Shown: piece after piece, positions 38,301 through 50,900 of the stretch
How positions within the stretch are numbered: position 1 is the first letter of the stretch
Layout of the letters: each line of letters starts with the position of its first letter
NCBI RefSeq assembly: GCF_036588685.1
Contig: NC_086375.1
Coordinates: 52,762,001-52,826,000, forward strand
Reading direction: 5' to 3'
Length of the DNA stretch: 64,000 bases
Source of the DNA: Mytilus trossulus
Lineage: Eukaryota
Translations under genes and position numbers: made by a program
Notes under the pieces: model-generated
Told to the model about the DNA's origin: nothing
Seen by the model: only the letters and a program-made list of their open reading frames with translations
Database searches by the model: none

Positions 38301-38712
38301 AACAAGTGAAACTGTGTGCTACTGCTCACTAATCATACCCCGCCGCAAGTGGATAATTTTAAAAGTGTAAAATATGCAAGTGTTCGGCCAACAGGAAATT
38401 GTTGAGAGATGATTCTGAAAACATATCACACGGTAAAGCTGACTTGTATAAACCCTGAAATCAAATTTCAGAAACCCTTGTATTGTAGTTCCTGAGAAAA
38501 ATGTGACGACAAACTTCACCTTGGCTATCATGTGTATAATGATACAAGTGTTCGGTAAACAGGAATTTGTCGGGTGCTGTATCTGAAAACGCATCGCACA
38601 GTATAGCTGACATATATAAACCTTGAAACCCAATTTCAGAAATCCTTGTTTTGTAGTTCCGGAGAAAAATATTCGAAAATATTCATTGGACTGACGGTGG
38701 GGGTATAAAAAA
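38301..38712 (-). mobile_element. Non-autonomous Helentron/Helitron-like element with two internal repeat units
   Basis: Subterminal inverted motif ataccccgcc ... ggtgggggtataaaaa. Internal duplicated unit caagtgttcgg...aatttcagaaa.ccttg...gtagttcc.gagaaaaat. Confidence 0.6.
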
Positions 38713-38928
38713 CGAACCTTCTCAATGAAATTACATATTAATTGTGTCAGTGTTGACAATATTTTTTCGACATATTTTGAACTTCGGTCATACTTGAAAA
38801 AAAGTTACAACAATATTAACATTCCTTCGGTTGTAAGAATGGATTGTATCCCTTTAGTTGTAGAAATACTAGGGTAACCACCTTGTGCTGCAAGAAAGTA
38901 AGTCGTGATATAAATTATCTTTTTTAAG

Positions 38929-41900
38929 TTAGAATTTAGTCGAATAACTTTGTTCTGAAATGTGTTCATTATAAGTTGACTTGTTTGATCTACAACATGT
39001 GCAACATTTTATGTTTTGTGAACTCCTTCTCGGCATTCTAAGTTTAAGTTTACTATAGAAATTTGTCTCTTCGAAAAGCGAAAAATCCCCTCCATCCGGC
39101 CAAGTTATCTTCCTTAGGCCTACGTCTTCCAGAGCTTTTACACGTTTTTCAATTTCTCTCTGTTTTATGACTGTAATTAGACTTGGTTCGAAATAGTTTT
39201 GTGCACCAATTTCTCTTTGAAAAGTTGTACTACAAGCTTTTGTTGGATAAATAATTATTAAGCTACCACTATTCTGACAGAATTCGCCAAGTGTTCGTAT
39301 TATATCTGCAAATAAATATATATTTATATATAGACCATTTATATAATTTCAGTAAACTATCATCCTTTGTGAACATATATTTGAGCTTGGTCATTATTTA
39401 CAAACTACATACTACATACAGGACACAATCGTTAGAATATGCTTCAAATTAACACTTCGCGAGAGGATATAAAATCTACTTTGACGTAGTATTTTCTGGC
39501 ACTTCAAACATTATGTGACAGAAAAAAGAAAAGAAGAAAAGCAGTAAATATCAATTTAAAAAAACTTTTGTCTAATCAATCTGAATTGTTATTGCCATTT
39601 TGTTTTATCATTATTCTTACCTTGACCTCCTAGAACTTCAGAAGACATTATAACAGAATAAGCATCTTCTTCAAGTCTAGTCTTCAATACTTCTGCTATT
39701 TTTCTATCTTCAAATTCGTCATCGTGTAATATCAAGGCATGATAATCTTTGCTTCCTGAATATAAAAATTAGAAATGGCGGTAAGATTGGCAGTAAGACA
39801 ACTTTATCCATAAAAAACACAGGACAGAGATCTGACTTATACATATTATTCTAATTTCTAAGTGGTAATGTGCATCACATAAATACCTAACTAATATTAA
39901 ACAACGCCCGTTTTCGTTTATTTTATGTCGATTTCAACTATCTAAGTACTTTAAACCAGTTGCTGAACAAGCTGAAGCCCCACAAATCCATTGGTTGCTT
40001 GAGCATTTATACTAACAAAGCAAGCAAGCCAACCAAACCTTTCGACTTCAAGCATTAATAGAAAAGATCTAATATGTAGCATTACTGATTACGTTACAAA
40101 TAAGACAGGTTTTAATTGTATCGATGTTAAAACTGTCGTTAAAAATAAGATAACAGGAATCAACAACAAAAAACAGGAAAGTACAACATACCACATCAAC
40201 CACCAACGCTGACTCCTCTGAAAATAAGTAGACAGATAAACAAAGATAGACAACATCGAACACAATAAGCTAGCTATATATGTTGGTTGAATACTGCACC
40301 TGAGGAAAAAATCCTAAACAACATTCCACGTTTCTTGTAGTCTCATCATAAATAATTAAGGGTCATATGTGGGACAGCTGTTGAAGGCTGTTCATTGATC
40401 AAATGATGTTTGATTATTTGTGTCGTCGAGTTGCTGTCTCGTTGACTTATATCCCGCCTTTCATAAATTCATTTAGAAAAAAAAACAATCACAAAAAAAT
40501 GATAAACATCATACATGTGGTCTTTGATGTAACCTGCTTTATCAGCAGAGTGTGCATATACAATGCGAGTATTTTTTCAAATAATCTCTATCAACAACAT
40601 CGGTGATCACATGGTATGTAATATTTTCAGCGAAGCACACATGGTATGTGGTTAAAATTTGTGTGTGTGACATAACGATATGTTATAGAATCATTTTCAT
40701 AACAGCGTAAACAATTGCATTACCTATGTTGGTAATACCTTATTTTGATACTGAATTTACCTTTAACTTGTTTGTCATTGGCTATCGATAACGGTGATTT
40801 CACACTCAGTCTGTCTGAGATATTCCAATGTGGATTTATTAGAATGAAAGAGTATAGTACATGCAGTTGCATGTGATAAAAAGGGTAAATTTAATATTAA
40901 ACATTTAAATCAACACTCAATGTTTAGTCCTCTAACTGTTATTTATTCGTATTATTTGATTTAGGCGTTTAGTGACAAGTGAGCGTTGCATACCTTGGCA
41001 TATGTGAATTAAACAAAGGAAGCAGACAGTTCATGACAAAATTGTGTTTAGGTGATTGTGATGTGTTTGTACATCTTCCTTTACTGAACATTCTTGCTGC
41101 TCACAATTATCTCTATCTATAATGAACCTGTCCGTGTAGTTTCAGTGGAAAATGTAAGTAAAAATTTACAAATTTTATGAAAATTGTAAAAAATTGATTA
41201 TAAAGGACAATAACTTCTTAGGGGGTTAATTGACCATTTTGGTCATTTTGACTTTTTTTTAGTCTTAAATTGCTGTACATTATTGCTGTTTACAGTTTAT
41301 CTCTATCTATAATAATATTCAAGATAATAACCCAAAACAGCAAAAGTTCCTTAAAATTACCAATTTAGGGGCAGCAACCTAACAACGAGTTGTCCGATTT
41401 ATCTAAAAATGTCAGGGCAGATAGATCTTGACCAGATGAAAATTTTATCCCTGTCATATTTGCTCTAAATGCTTTGGTTTTTGAGTTATAAGCCAAAAAC
41501 TGCATTTTACCCCATGTTTTATCTTCTATTTTTAGCTGTAGTGGCCATCTTGGTTGGTTTGTCAGGTCACAAAACACAATTTTAAAACTAGATAGCCTAA
41601 TTATGATACTGGCTATGTTTGGTAAAATTTGGCCCAGTTGACTTATTTGTAAATCTTACTTTGCTGAACATTATTGCTGTTTACAGTTTATCTCCATCTA
41701 TAATGATATACAAGATAATAACCAAAAACAGTAAAATTTCCTTAAAATTACCAATTTAGGGGCAGCAACCCAACAATGGGTTGTCTGATTCATCTGAAAA
41801 TTTCAGGGCAGATAGATCTTCACCTGCTAAACAATTTAACCCCTGTCAGATTTGCTCTAAATGCATTGGTTTTTGAGTTATAAGCCAAAAACTGCATTTT

Positions 41901-44900
41901 ACCCTATGTTCTATTTTTAGCTGTAGCGGCCATCTTGGTTGATTTGCCCGGTCACAAAACCCAATTTTTAAACTAGATAGGCTTATAATGATTCTGGCTA
42001 TATTTGGTAAAATTTGGCCCAGTAGTTTCAGAGGAGAAGATTTTTGTAAAAGTTAACTAAAATTTACGAAAAATGGTAAAAAAATGACTATAAAGGGCAA
42101 TAACTCCTAAAGGGGTCAACTGACCATTTTGTTCATGTTGACTTATTTGTAAATCTTACTTTGCTGAACATTATTGCTGTTTACAGTTTATCTCCATCTA
42201 TAATAATATACAAGATAATAACCAAAAACAGTAAAATTTCCTTAAAATTACCAATTTAGGGGTAGCAACCCAACAATGGGTTTTCTGATTCATCTGAAAA
42301 TTTCAGGGCAGATAGATGTTGACCTGATGAACAATTTTACCCCATGTCAGATTTGCTCTAAATGCTTTGGTTTTTGAGTTATAAGCCAAAAACTGCATTT
42401 TACCCCTATGTTCTATTTTTAGCCATGGCGGCCATCTTGGTTGGTTGGCCGGGTAAAAAAACACAAATTTTAAACTAGATAAATCAATGATGATTGTGGC
42501 CAAGTTTGGTTTAATTTGGCCCAGTAGTTTCAGAGGAGAAGATTTTTGTAAAAGTTAACGCCGGACAACGGACGACGACGGACGACGGACGCCAAGTGAT
42601 GAGAAAAGCTCACTTGGTCCTTCGGGCCGGTGAGCTAAAAAAACAAATGCGGATTACACACTAAAACAGAGGGAAACGCATTAAATATCAGAGGAGAACA
42701 ACGACACAACATCAAAATGTAGCACACACAGAAAGGAACTTAGCATTAGACAAAATACGATGAGAATAACAAATATAACATTGTATGTAACATTTTTTTT
42801 TATTTACCAACATTTATCAGTGAGATGACCACATGGTATATACAACGTTTTCTACTTCATTAACTTTGCAAATTGGGAATTGTATGACTTTTGTAAATAG
42901 CATTTTCTGAATAAACCATGTTATATTTTCTACCTAACTAACCTTTATCAGATAGGTGACCACAAGGTATACGAGAAAGTATAAACAACTTTACTCTCGG
43001 CCGGAACAATAGAAGAAGAAGACCAATCACCATGAGGATTCCCGAGGCAATAATGGCAACTATAACACCAGCTGGTAGATGCATCTTTTTTGTAGTAGTA
43101 GTATTTGTGATTGAAACAGTTGTTCCTGTATGAAATTAAGACATTTCTAAATTATAAACAAAATACATACTAAACTAAGTATTTGTTTAGTTAAGGTCTT
43201 CTTTTTTTCCAAAAGGAAAGACCTTTCTTCATTTTTTATTTCTTTTTTCGCCGAACTTTAACAACGTTAGCTGTCTTTACCTTAAGACATGTTGCTTTCA
43301 GGTTCACACTTTGTAACAGAGTCACAAATACCTATCCGGTACTCACCCTATTAGTCAATGTTAGTCTGCACAATTCCAAAAAACCTTGTTATGAGGTGAA
43401 CACCGTAACAGTAAGAGGTAGAAAAAAAACGAAGGGTGGTTTATGTCAAGGAACAGAACCTGTTTTGTTAGATACATTTGGATAGAAAAGATTCAACGAC
43501 TTCTTGGTTGTATTGCGCCTATTTCGAAATCAATCGATGTCTGTTGGCCACTACAACTCAGAAACCGTGAGATGTAGCTGTTCCAGACCGTATGAATATT
43601 TGGAACGTATGCGTACTTTCTCAAAATACTCATACGGTCGAACGATACGAGTACGGTCTGACTAATATTAAAAAAGAATGTCATGTTTATAAGATACAAA
43701 TGCATTTATATAGCAGATCAACATAACTTAACTACCAAATTAATATAAAAAAGTTCAATTGTAATTGAAACAAATCTTTTTATATTTCAACTTTTTTAAA
43801 ATTCACGCTAATTAAATATGTTAATCTCTTGCATCTAGCATGTCGATCAGCAATACATTTATTGAATTATGATCAGTGAAATTGAAGACGTCGGAAGTAA
43901 ATATCATGTGGGAGGTCAATTGTTTTGGAATATTTAGCAACTATACCACAAAATGCAAATGCAAAGAAACATGCATGAACTGCATACATGAAAATGTAAA
44001 AAATATTACGTTACTTGAATTGTGTCACCTTGGGCGATATTACCATAGATTTACTATTAAACAAAATTTAATACTCAATTTCAAATGTTCGTTTGTTCAT
44101 TTTATCTTATTGTAATAGTTTAAACATATTTATTTATAGTGGATTGGGAAACAAGTTTTGTAACTTATATTAATCCCTTTCCACTTTGCGGGTGCGAGTG
44201 CTGCCTTGTACCGCCATTAGCCTACTCTTTTTCGAAATCTACAAGGGTGTCTTTAACGTGCAAGAGATATGGCTCTCTCTTAACACGGTGTAATATATAT
44301 AGGGGGTTGAATCCGCGTTTCCGGAAATACTGTGCAGTCCGTATATGATTTTGTTATATACATGTATGTAATTGTAATCACATGTACTGTCTCTTTTTCA
44401 TTTTGCAAGTGCCATTAAAGGACGTAATTTTATTAGCTGTTAATGTTTTGCCTCTCGCACCCCCATACAGGATCATTACATGGCGGAGGACCCGAAATAT
44501 TACTTCATTCAAAGGACTTTATTTGTGTAAACCTGAACTGAAATGATCTGAAATGAATTGAAAATTGTTTTCCCCATAATTTTCACTGAAGTGGGAAAAC
44601 CACGTGGGTGGTCAAATTTTTGTATGTGTGTCCATGCAGATTAAAATTTTCTTCAAGTTGCCGTATGAATCCCAGTTTTCTGTACGTGAGATTCATCTCA
44701 TTACAGGCGTAATATTTAACATGCACATTTATTTTTTTTTATCTGTACGTGAGATTTATCTCATTACAGTGTTGGTTTTTTTTCTGCGTTGATGTCGGCG
44801 CCGAAATATAGCAATTTAAATGATATGAGCGATGGTGAGTCTACTTTAAGTTTACACTCATTAGTTGAAACGGTCGACGAATTTACCGACGATTCACTTT

Positions 44901-47900
44901 TAAGTTCATATTTATTGGCACCGACTAGGCCTTCTCAAAACCATGAATTAGATCAAAGTTTACATTTATTAGCCCCGACTAGGCCCTCTCAAACCAACAA
45001 ATTAGATCGTTCTATGCCAATTTTAACACCACAAATAAGTTTGGTTAACAGATTGCATCAAAATAATTTGACTTATAACACAAGTGCATGTTACACTACA
45101 AGTACGCCTAGATTAGAACATACAAGTATACCTAGAATAGTACATACAGCTGTCATGGAAAAACTAGCTCCGTGTAGGAAATTCAGGGGATATTCCCATG
45201 AAAATGGACTTGTTTTCTTGCGCGAATTTGACTCTTTCGCTACACTACATAAAATGCCTTATGAATACCAAAGGCGAATAGCAGCTTTTCATCTCCAGTT
45301 AACGGGCCCGGCCCTCACGTGGTTTAACTCGTTAACATTCAATGACAAAAGCTCCTGGGAAAAACTTATTGAACTGTTTAAGAGAAAATATGTAAATCTC
45401 GATTGGCAAAGTCCAACAATCATGCTAGAAAATGAGGTTTTTGAACACATAAAGTTGTCACCGGGTCAAGCACTCGAAGATTTTTACTGCCAGCTTGTAG
45501 AAAAAGCTCAATTATTACACAAAGCTGATCATGAAATTCTCACCAAATTCATCCAGGGTCTTGCCGAAAAGTTAGCTTTCTTTGTAAGGACAGGTAACCA
45601 CAAAGACAGTAATGGTGCACTATCATCTGCCAAAATGGGCGAAGCATACGGGTACAGGTTACATGATGAGATATCTGTTTCTGCCATCAAACAACAAATT
45701 ACACCTAAAGCTGTTGCCGAACAAAACCCGTCAGTCGTACATGAACTGAAATCTCAAATTCAAGACAATTGCCAATGCTTGACGAGGATGTTTATTTTGA
45801 ACCTTTTTGTCCGTGAGATTTATCTCATGACAATTTATTAATCTGTATACAGCGATGTTTTTCTTGAACTTATTGTCCGTGAGATTTATCTCATGACAAT
45901 GCCCTTTATTGATGGTACAACGACTTTTTCTGGCGAACTTTTCATGTTTTTTTCCGTGGGATTTATCTCATGACAATCCGTTACTATGATGTCAGATGAA
46001 ATTCAGTACAGAGCGGAGCCCTATTTCAATGTTATTCAATAAGAACTTTTAAATATACGGACATTAGTTTGTTTGCATATATAATATACATGTACATGGA
46101 AACTGATTATAAACTGCTTAAGATTTTTTTTGCATATGTTGATATTACTTATCATTTTGAAATACTTGAACAATTCGTATTTTGTATGTTTAATTTGCTT
46201 GATTTTTTCTGAGGAAAATAATGAACGATTGTTGATATTGCGTATACATGACATTATGCTAAACACATTTTTATACATGTAGATTTTTATTTCAATTTCA
46301 TTCACATGAGTATCAAGTTTGAATTATCTAGTCTTTAATATTTGATTTATTTAATTTTGTAACATAATAGCAGAAAGTTGGTACTGCTGCGTTTTCAGAT
46401 TTGTAATTCAATAATTATTTTCTATGAGAAATGCCGATTTTTGTATGTTTATATTGAACATCGATCTTTACTATTTTTGAAATATGTTGATGAGATCGTA
46501 TGAATATGGTTCATTTTGTATTTAGTGGATTTTTAAGGAAACACGATAGTGATATACAGTTTCAGTAGCAAACAATTTAAGGAAAATGTAGAGAGAATAT
46601 TTTTTTTTGTTGTGTTTTTTTTTTGCATGGTATAAAGACGGAAATCTGTAGTTTGCGTCCAGTTTTGGAACTTTTATGAGGAGTATATTATCTAGGATCT
46701 ATGTTAGTGATATCGAGATAATTTCATAAATAAACCCCGTGAATTGTATCTTTCTGATATGTTTTATCTGTTAGCAATTTTATATTTTTTATGAGAGTGT
46801 GTGTGTGTAAATGGGTTTGGTGCACCATGATTCTGTGAGAGATTGTTGATATATTTTTTTGAAACTTGCAACTTATGAAATGGGATCATTATAGGACATT
46901 TTCACAATATTGTAAGAGTTAGGGGCTCTGTTGAATTTATTACTCAATGATACATGTATCACGAAACAATTTCAGATCTGTAAAAATATATTTAACTACT
47001 AACTTTCAAAAGTTGAGATTTCGCAACGTCAGATAATTGTAATTTTTCATGCTGTGTTTTGAGATGGTATATGAGTTGGTGCATATATATTGTAAAGCGA
47101 ATTCAACCCTGAGCAAAATTTACATTTTTCTTTTGTCGGGGGGATGTAATATATATAGGGGGTTGAATCCGCGTTTCCGGAAATACTGTACAGTCCGTAT
47201 ATGATTTTGTTATATACATGTATGTAATTGTAATCACATGTACTGTCTCTTTTTCATTTTGCAAGTGCCATTAAAGGACGTAATTTTATTAGCTGTTAAT
47301 GTTTTGCCTCTCGCACCCCCATACAGGATCATTACAACGGGTCAGCCATTTATCGTCCCCTTCCGACGGACTATCATCGTTTCCTCAAGACTATACTCGC
47401 AAATGGTGTCAAGGAAGAGCCGAAAATTGAGTTCCTGAAATTTTCATCCCAGACAGGAATCGAACCAGGAACCTTTGTGCTAGTAGTCCGATGCACTAAC
47501 CACTACACCACGGCTCTCTTATTGTAATAAATTATCAATAACAATTTGTAAAACTAAAAATCACTTGTAAAATAGAGATTGTGATAATTGCTTGTTTTAA
47601 TTTAAATAATTACCCATATGATAAAATAACATGTATGGTCAGCTCGTACCGGACCGTACTCGTATACTCATACGGTCCGACCATACGCGGCTGGTCGGAC
47701 CGTACGAGTATACGTATACGGCCCGGACTGGAACATAGCCACCTATGATTTTCACAAATGATCATTATGTGAACTTGAAAATGTCTCAATATCAAATGTG
47801 TACGTTGACCTTGACATTTGGCTCACAACTTATGGAATAATCTCAAAAACAATTATATTTACGTCTTAGTCTTGAATAGTGGAAATTGGTCATTTAGGTA

Positions 47901-50900
47901 CAACCATATTAAAATTTACCGAATAGATTTGACCTTGGCGTAAGTTGCAAATCATCCGTTATCGGTTTCTAAAAAGACCAAATTATCTTTAACTAATAAA
48001 CTTAAGATTCTAGACCAAAAGAGTTTTTTGCAATGACACTGGGACAATTGCCCTGACAAAGGTCACAAGGTTAGCGTCATGTCCAAGATAGCGAACTATG
48101 TTTTAAGCTGTTTAGTTTTGATCTCTCTTTAAGGATCATAACCCATGTTTACAGATTCTTAAAAGTAGCGAATGAAGTGTTTTACCATACTTTAAAGGTT
48201 GTGTTTTGACGCTTTTCAGAGCATTCTACGTCCAAGTCAACATATTTTTTACATTATTATAAAGGGAAAAACTCTCAATTATTCACGAACAATTGGCATT
48301 TAAATGTATTAATTGTTTTTTTGGTACAATTGGGGCGAACAAGAGAGCGATATAGTGTGTAGATAATTGCATTTTGATGAAAGCTGTAGATGTCTGTAGG
48401 TTTTTTTTTCAGCAATCATAAATGATACTTTTGTTCAAAATGAATATCCCCAAACCCTCGTATCTAAATTGTAAAAGAAAATCGTTGGGTTCGAATTTCT
48501 GTAAAACTATGGATTCATCTGAATGTTTGAAAAGAAAACTATGCTGACTGCTAGAAAAATGGTGAAATGACTTTTGTTTATTTCGGGTGTCTTTCAGTTC
48601 TTTTTTATACGCCCGTCAAAATTTTGACAGGACGTATTATGGTATACAAATGTCCGATGTCCGTCTGTCTGTCCGTCCGTCTGTCTGTCCGGCGTAAACA
48701 TGTCGCACCGTAACTTGAGAACGACTTATCCATTTTTTTTAGTTATATTAATCTTAATATCTGTATACTTTTTGGTGATGATTCAAAATTTTATTTTTGA
48801 GTTATTGAGTATTTTGTAAAAAAAAAAGGGGGGGGAGGTTTTTTTTACATGTCGCACCATATCTCAAAAACGATTAATGATTATTGCTTAAAACTTTACA
48901 AATGTCTTTGTTATATTAATCTAAAGATCTGTATACTTTTTGTTGATGATTCAAAATTTTTGAGTTATTGAGTATTTTGTTAAAAAATGGGAGGGTTTTT
49001 TTACATGTTGTGCCGTATCTCAAAAACAATTTATGATTATTGCTTAAATTTTACACACTTCTTTGTTGTATTAATCTAAAGATCTGTCTACTTTTTGGTG
49101 ATGATTCAAAATTCCATTTTTGAGTTATTAAGTATTTAGTTAAACAGAGGAGGGTTTTTTTACATGTCGCGCCGTATCTCAAAAATAATTTATGATTATT
49201 GCTTAAAACTTTACAAACTTCTTTGTTGTATTAATCTAAAGATCTGTATACTTTTTGGTTTTGATTCAAAATTTTATTTATAGTGATATTTAGTTTTTTG
49301 TAAAAAAAAACAGGGTTGGGGTTTCACATGTCCCGCCGTGTCTCAAAAACAATATATGGTTATTGCTTAATACTTTCTCAGAAACTATTTATGATTATTG
49401 CATAAAAATTCCACACATGACGTCGGGCGTATCATGCGCTCATGGCGCAGCTGTTTATTTAATTATATTACTATTTACTTGTTTTCTATATTATTTAACA
49501 GTACTATACTTTTTGCATCGGATATTTATATAACAAATTGTAAATATAAAGATATATACTACCACCTTGTAATTGTTACGAGAAAACAAATGTACACAAA
49601 CACAAGTATTAAGAATCAAGTTTTATACTTACGTTTCTTTAAAATATGAACTTCAAAATACTGATAATCAGAAGTGGATGATACAATACAGATGAAAGTT
49701 TGGTTAAAATCACTCTCATTGGTGTCTGTGATAGTTAGATTGACTTCAACGTATGTTTCACCGTATCTGATAAATAAAAAAATAAGAATGTGTCCCCAGC
49801 ACACTGGTGCCCCATCAGCACTATCATTTTCTATGTTCAGTAGGCAGTGAAAATGGGGGAAATCTCTAAATTGGCAATAAAAATTAGAAAGATCATATCA
49901 TGGGAAACATGTGTACTAAGTTTCAAGTTGAATGGACTTCAAATTCCTCAAATACTACCTCGACCAAAAACTTAAACCAAAACTATAACCTGAAGTGGGA
50001 CAGACGGACGAACGAACGGACGAACGAACAGACGAACGAATAGACAAACCAACAACCATTTTTTTCTTCGAGATAAAGAACATAATATTGACTTGCAGAC
50101 AATATGAATATTTGTAATTTTGAGGATAAAATAAATCAGAATATAACTATCAAGGTTTCCTTTACAATCTGAAGAGTTAAAAAGCGCATATAACACAATT
50201 CATAAAAAAACCGGAGAAGATAGATTGAAATATATAGTCAGAAAGTTACTCATTCTGGTGTGTTTAATTTTATTTATCACAAAACAAATCATATTTATAA
50301 CTTTCAAACCATAAAAATGAGTAGAATCAAAATAACTTACTTTTCTGCGTTACTGGTGGAGTATCTAGAGTTATTTATAAAATCATAGTTCTCATCATAC
50401 CACCCCACTTGTCTGAATTTGTCAATTGTACAACCAAAATCTCCAGCACAAGAAAATGTAACAGTGTCACCAATACTAGCATACTTGTCTTGTGGGGCTA
50501 TATATAGTGGTGTTTCTCTTTCTGTACAAGCTGGAGTTAAAATAGACAATTAAGATTATTTGATTGTTACATGTAATGCAAAGAGGTCAGGCCAAATCTT
50601 TATGAATTTGTTTTATTTACCATCTGACTACTTGGCTCCTTAGGATATGCACTCTCTCTATTGGTTTGATTTCAACATTTAGCAGTGACGTCCGATTATT
50701 ATTAGTGTGATTTTCATTACTGAAAGCTTTTGCAAGTTCAAACCTAAATAGTTAGGTGAAGAATGCTATCAACTGATTTTTATAGTTCGTTCTTATGTTG
50801 TACTGTTATGCCATTGTCCCAGGTTAGGTGAGGGTTAGTATCACGCTAACATGTTTAACCCCGCCACATTAATTATTTATGTGCCTGTCCCAAGTCAGGA

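Larger units (their letters stand above)
44130..47518 (-). mobile_element. tRNA-derived SINE with a Deu/Nin-like central domain, split by the LTR element
   Basis: Head at 47518-47450 reads GAGAGCCGTGGTGTAGTGGTTAG...GGTTCGATTCC (A and B boxes). The rejoined body TCGGAAGGGGACGATAAA...TTAAAGACACCC...TTTCGAAAAAGAGTAGG resembles the Deu domain as I recall it. The halves 44130-44288 and 47337-47518 join across the ACGG duplication. Confidence 0.7.

Noticed and set aside
39001-39120. Apparent frameshift in the last exon of paralogue C
   Set aside because: A base-by-base recount gives a continuous frame (WPDGGDFSLFEETNFYSKLKLRMP) to TAA at 38929.
45780-45980. Short palindromic repeats with variable spacers resembling a CRISPR array
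   Set aside because: Eukaryotic locus, only 2+3 copies, inside an LTR element, spacers partly similar to each other, and no cas genes.
47445-47518. tRNA gene
   Set aside because: A and B boxes are present but there is no proper acceptor stem, and it continues into a SINE body; treated as a SINE head.
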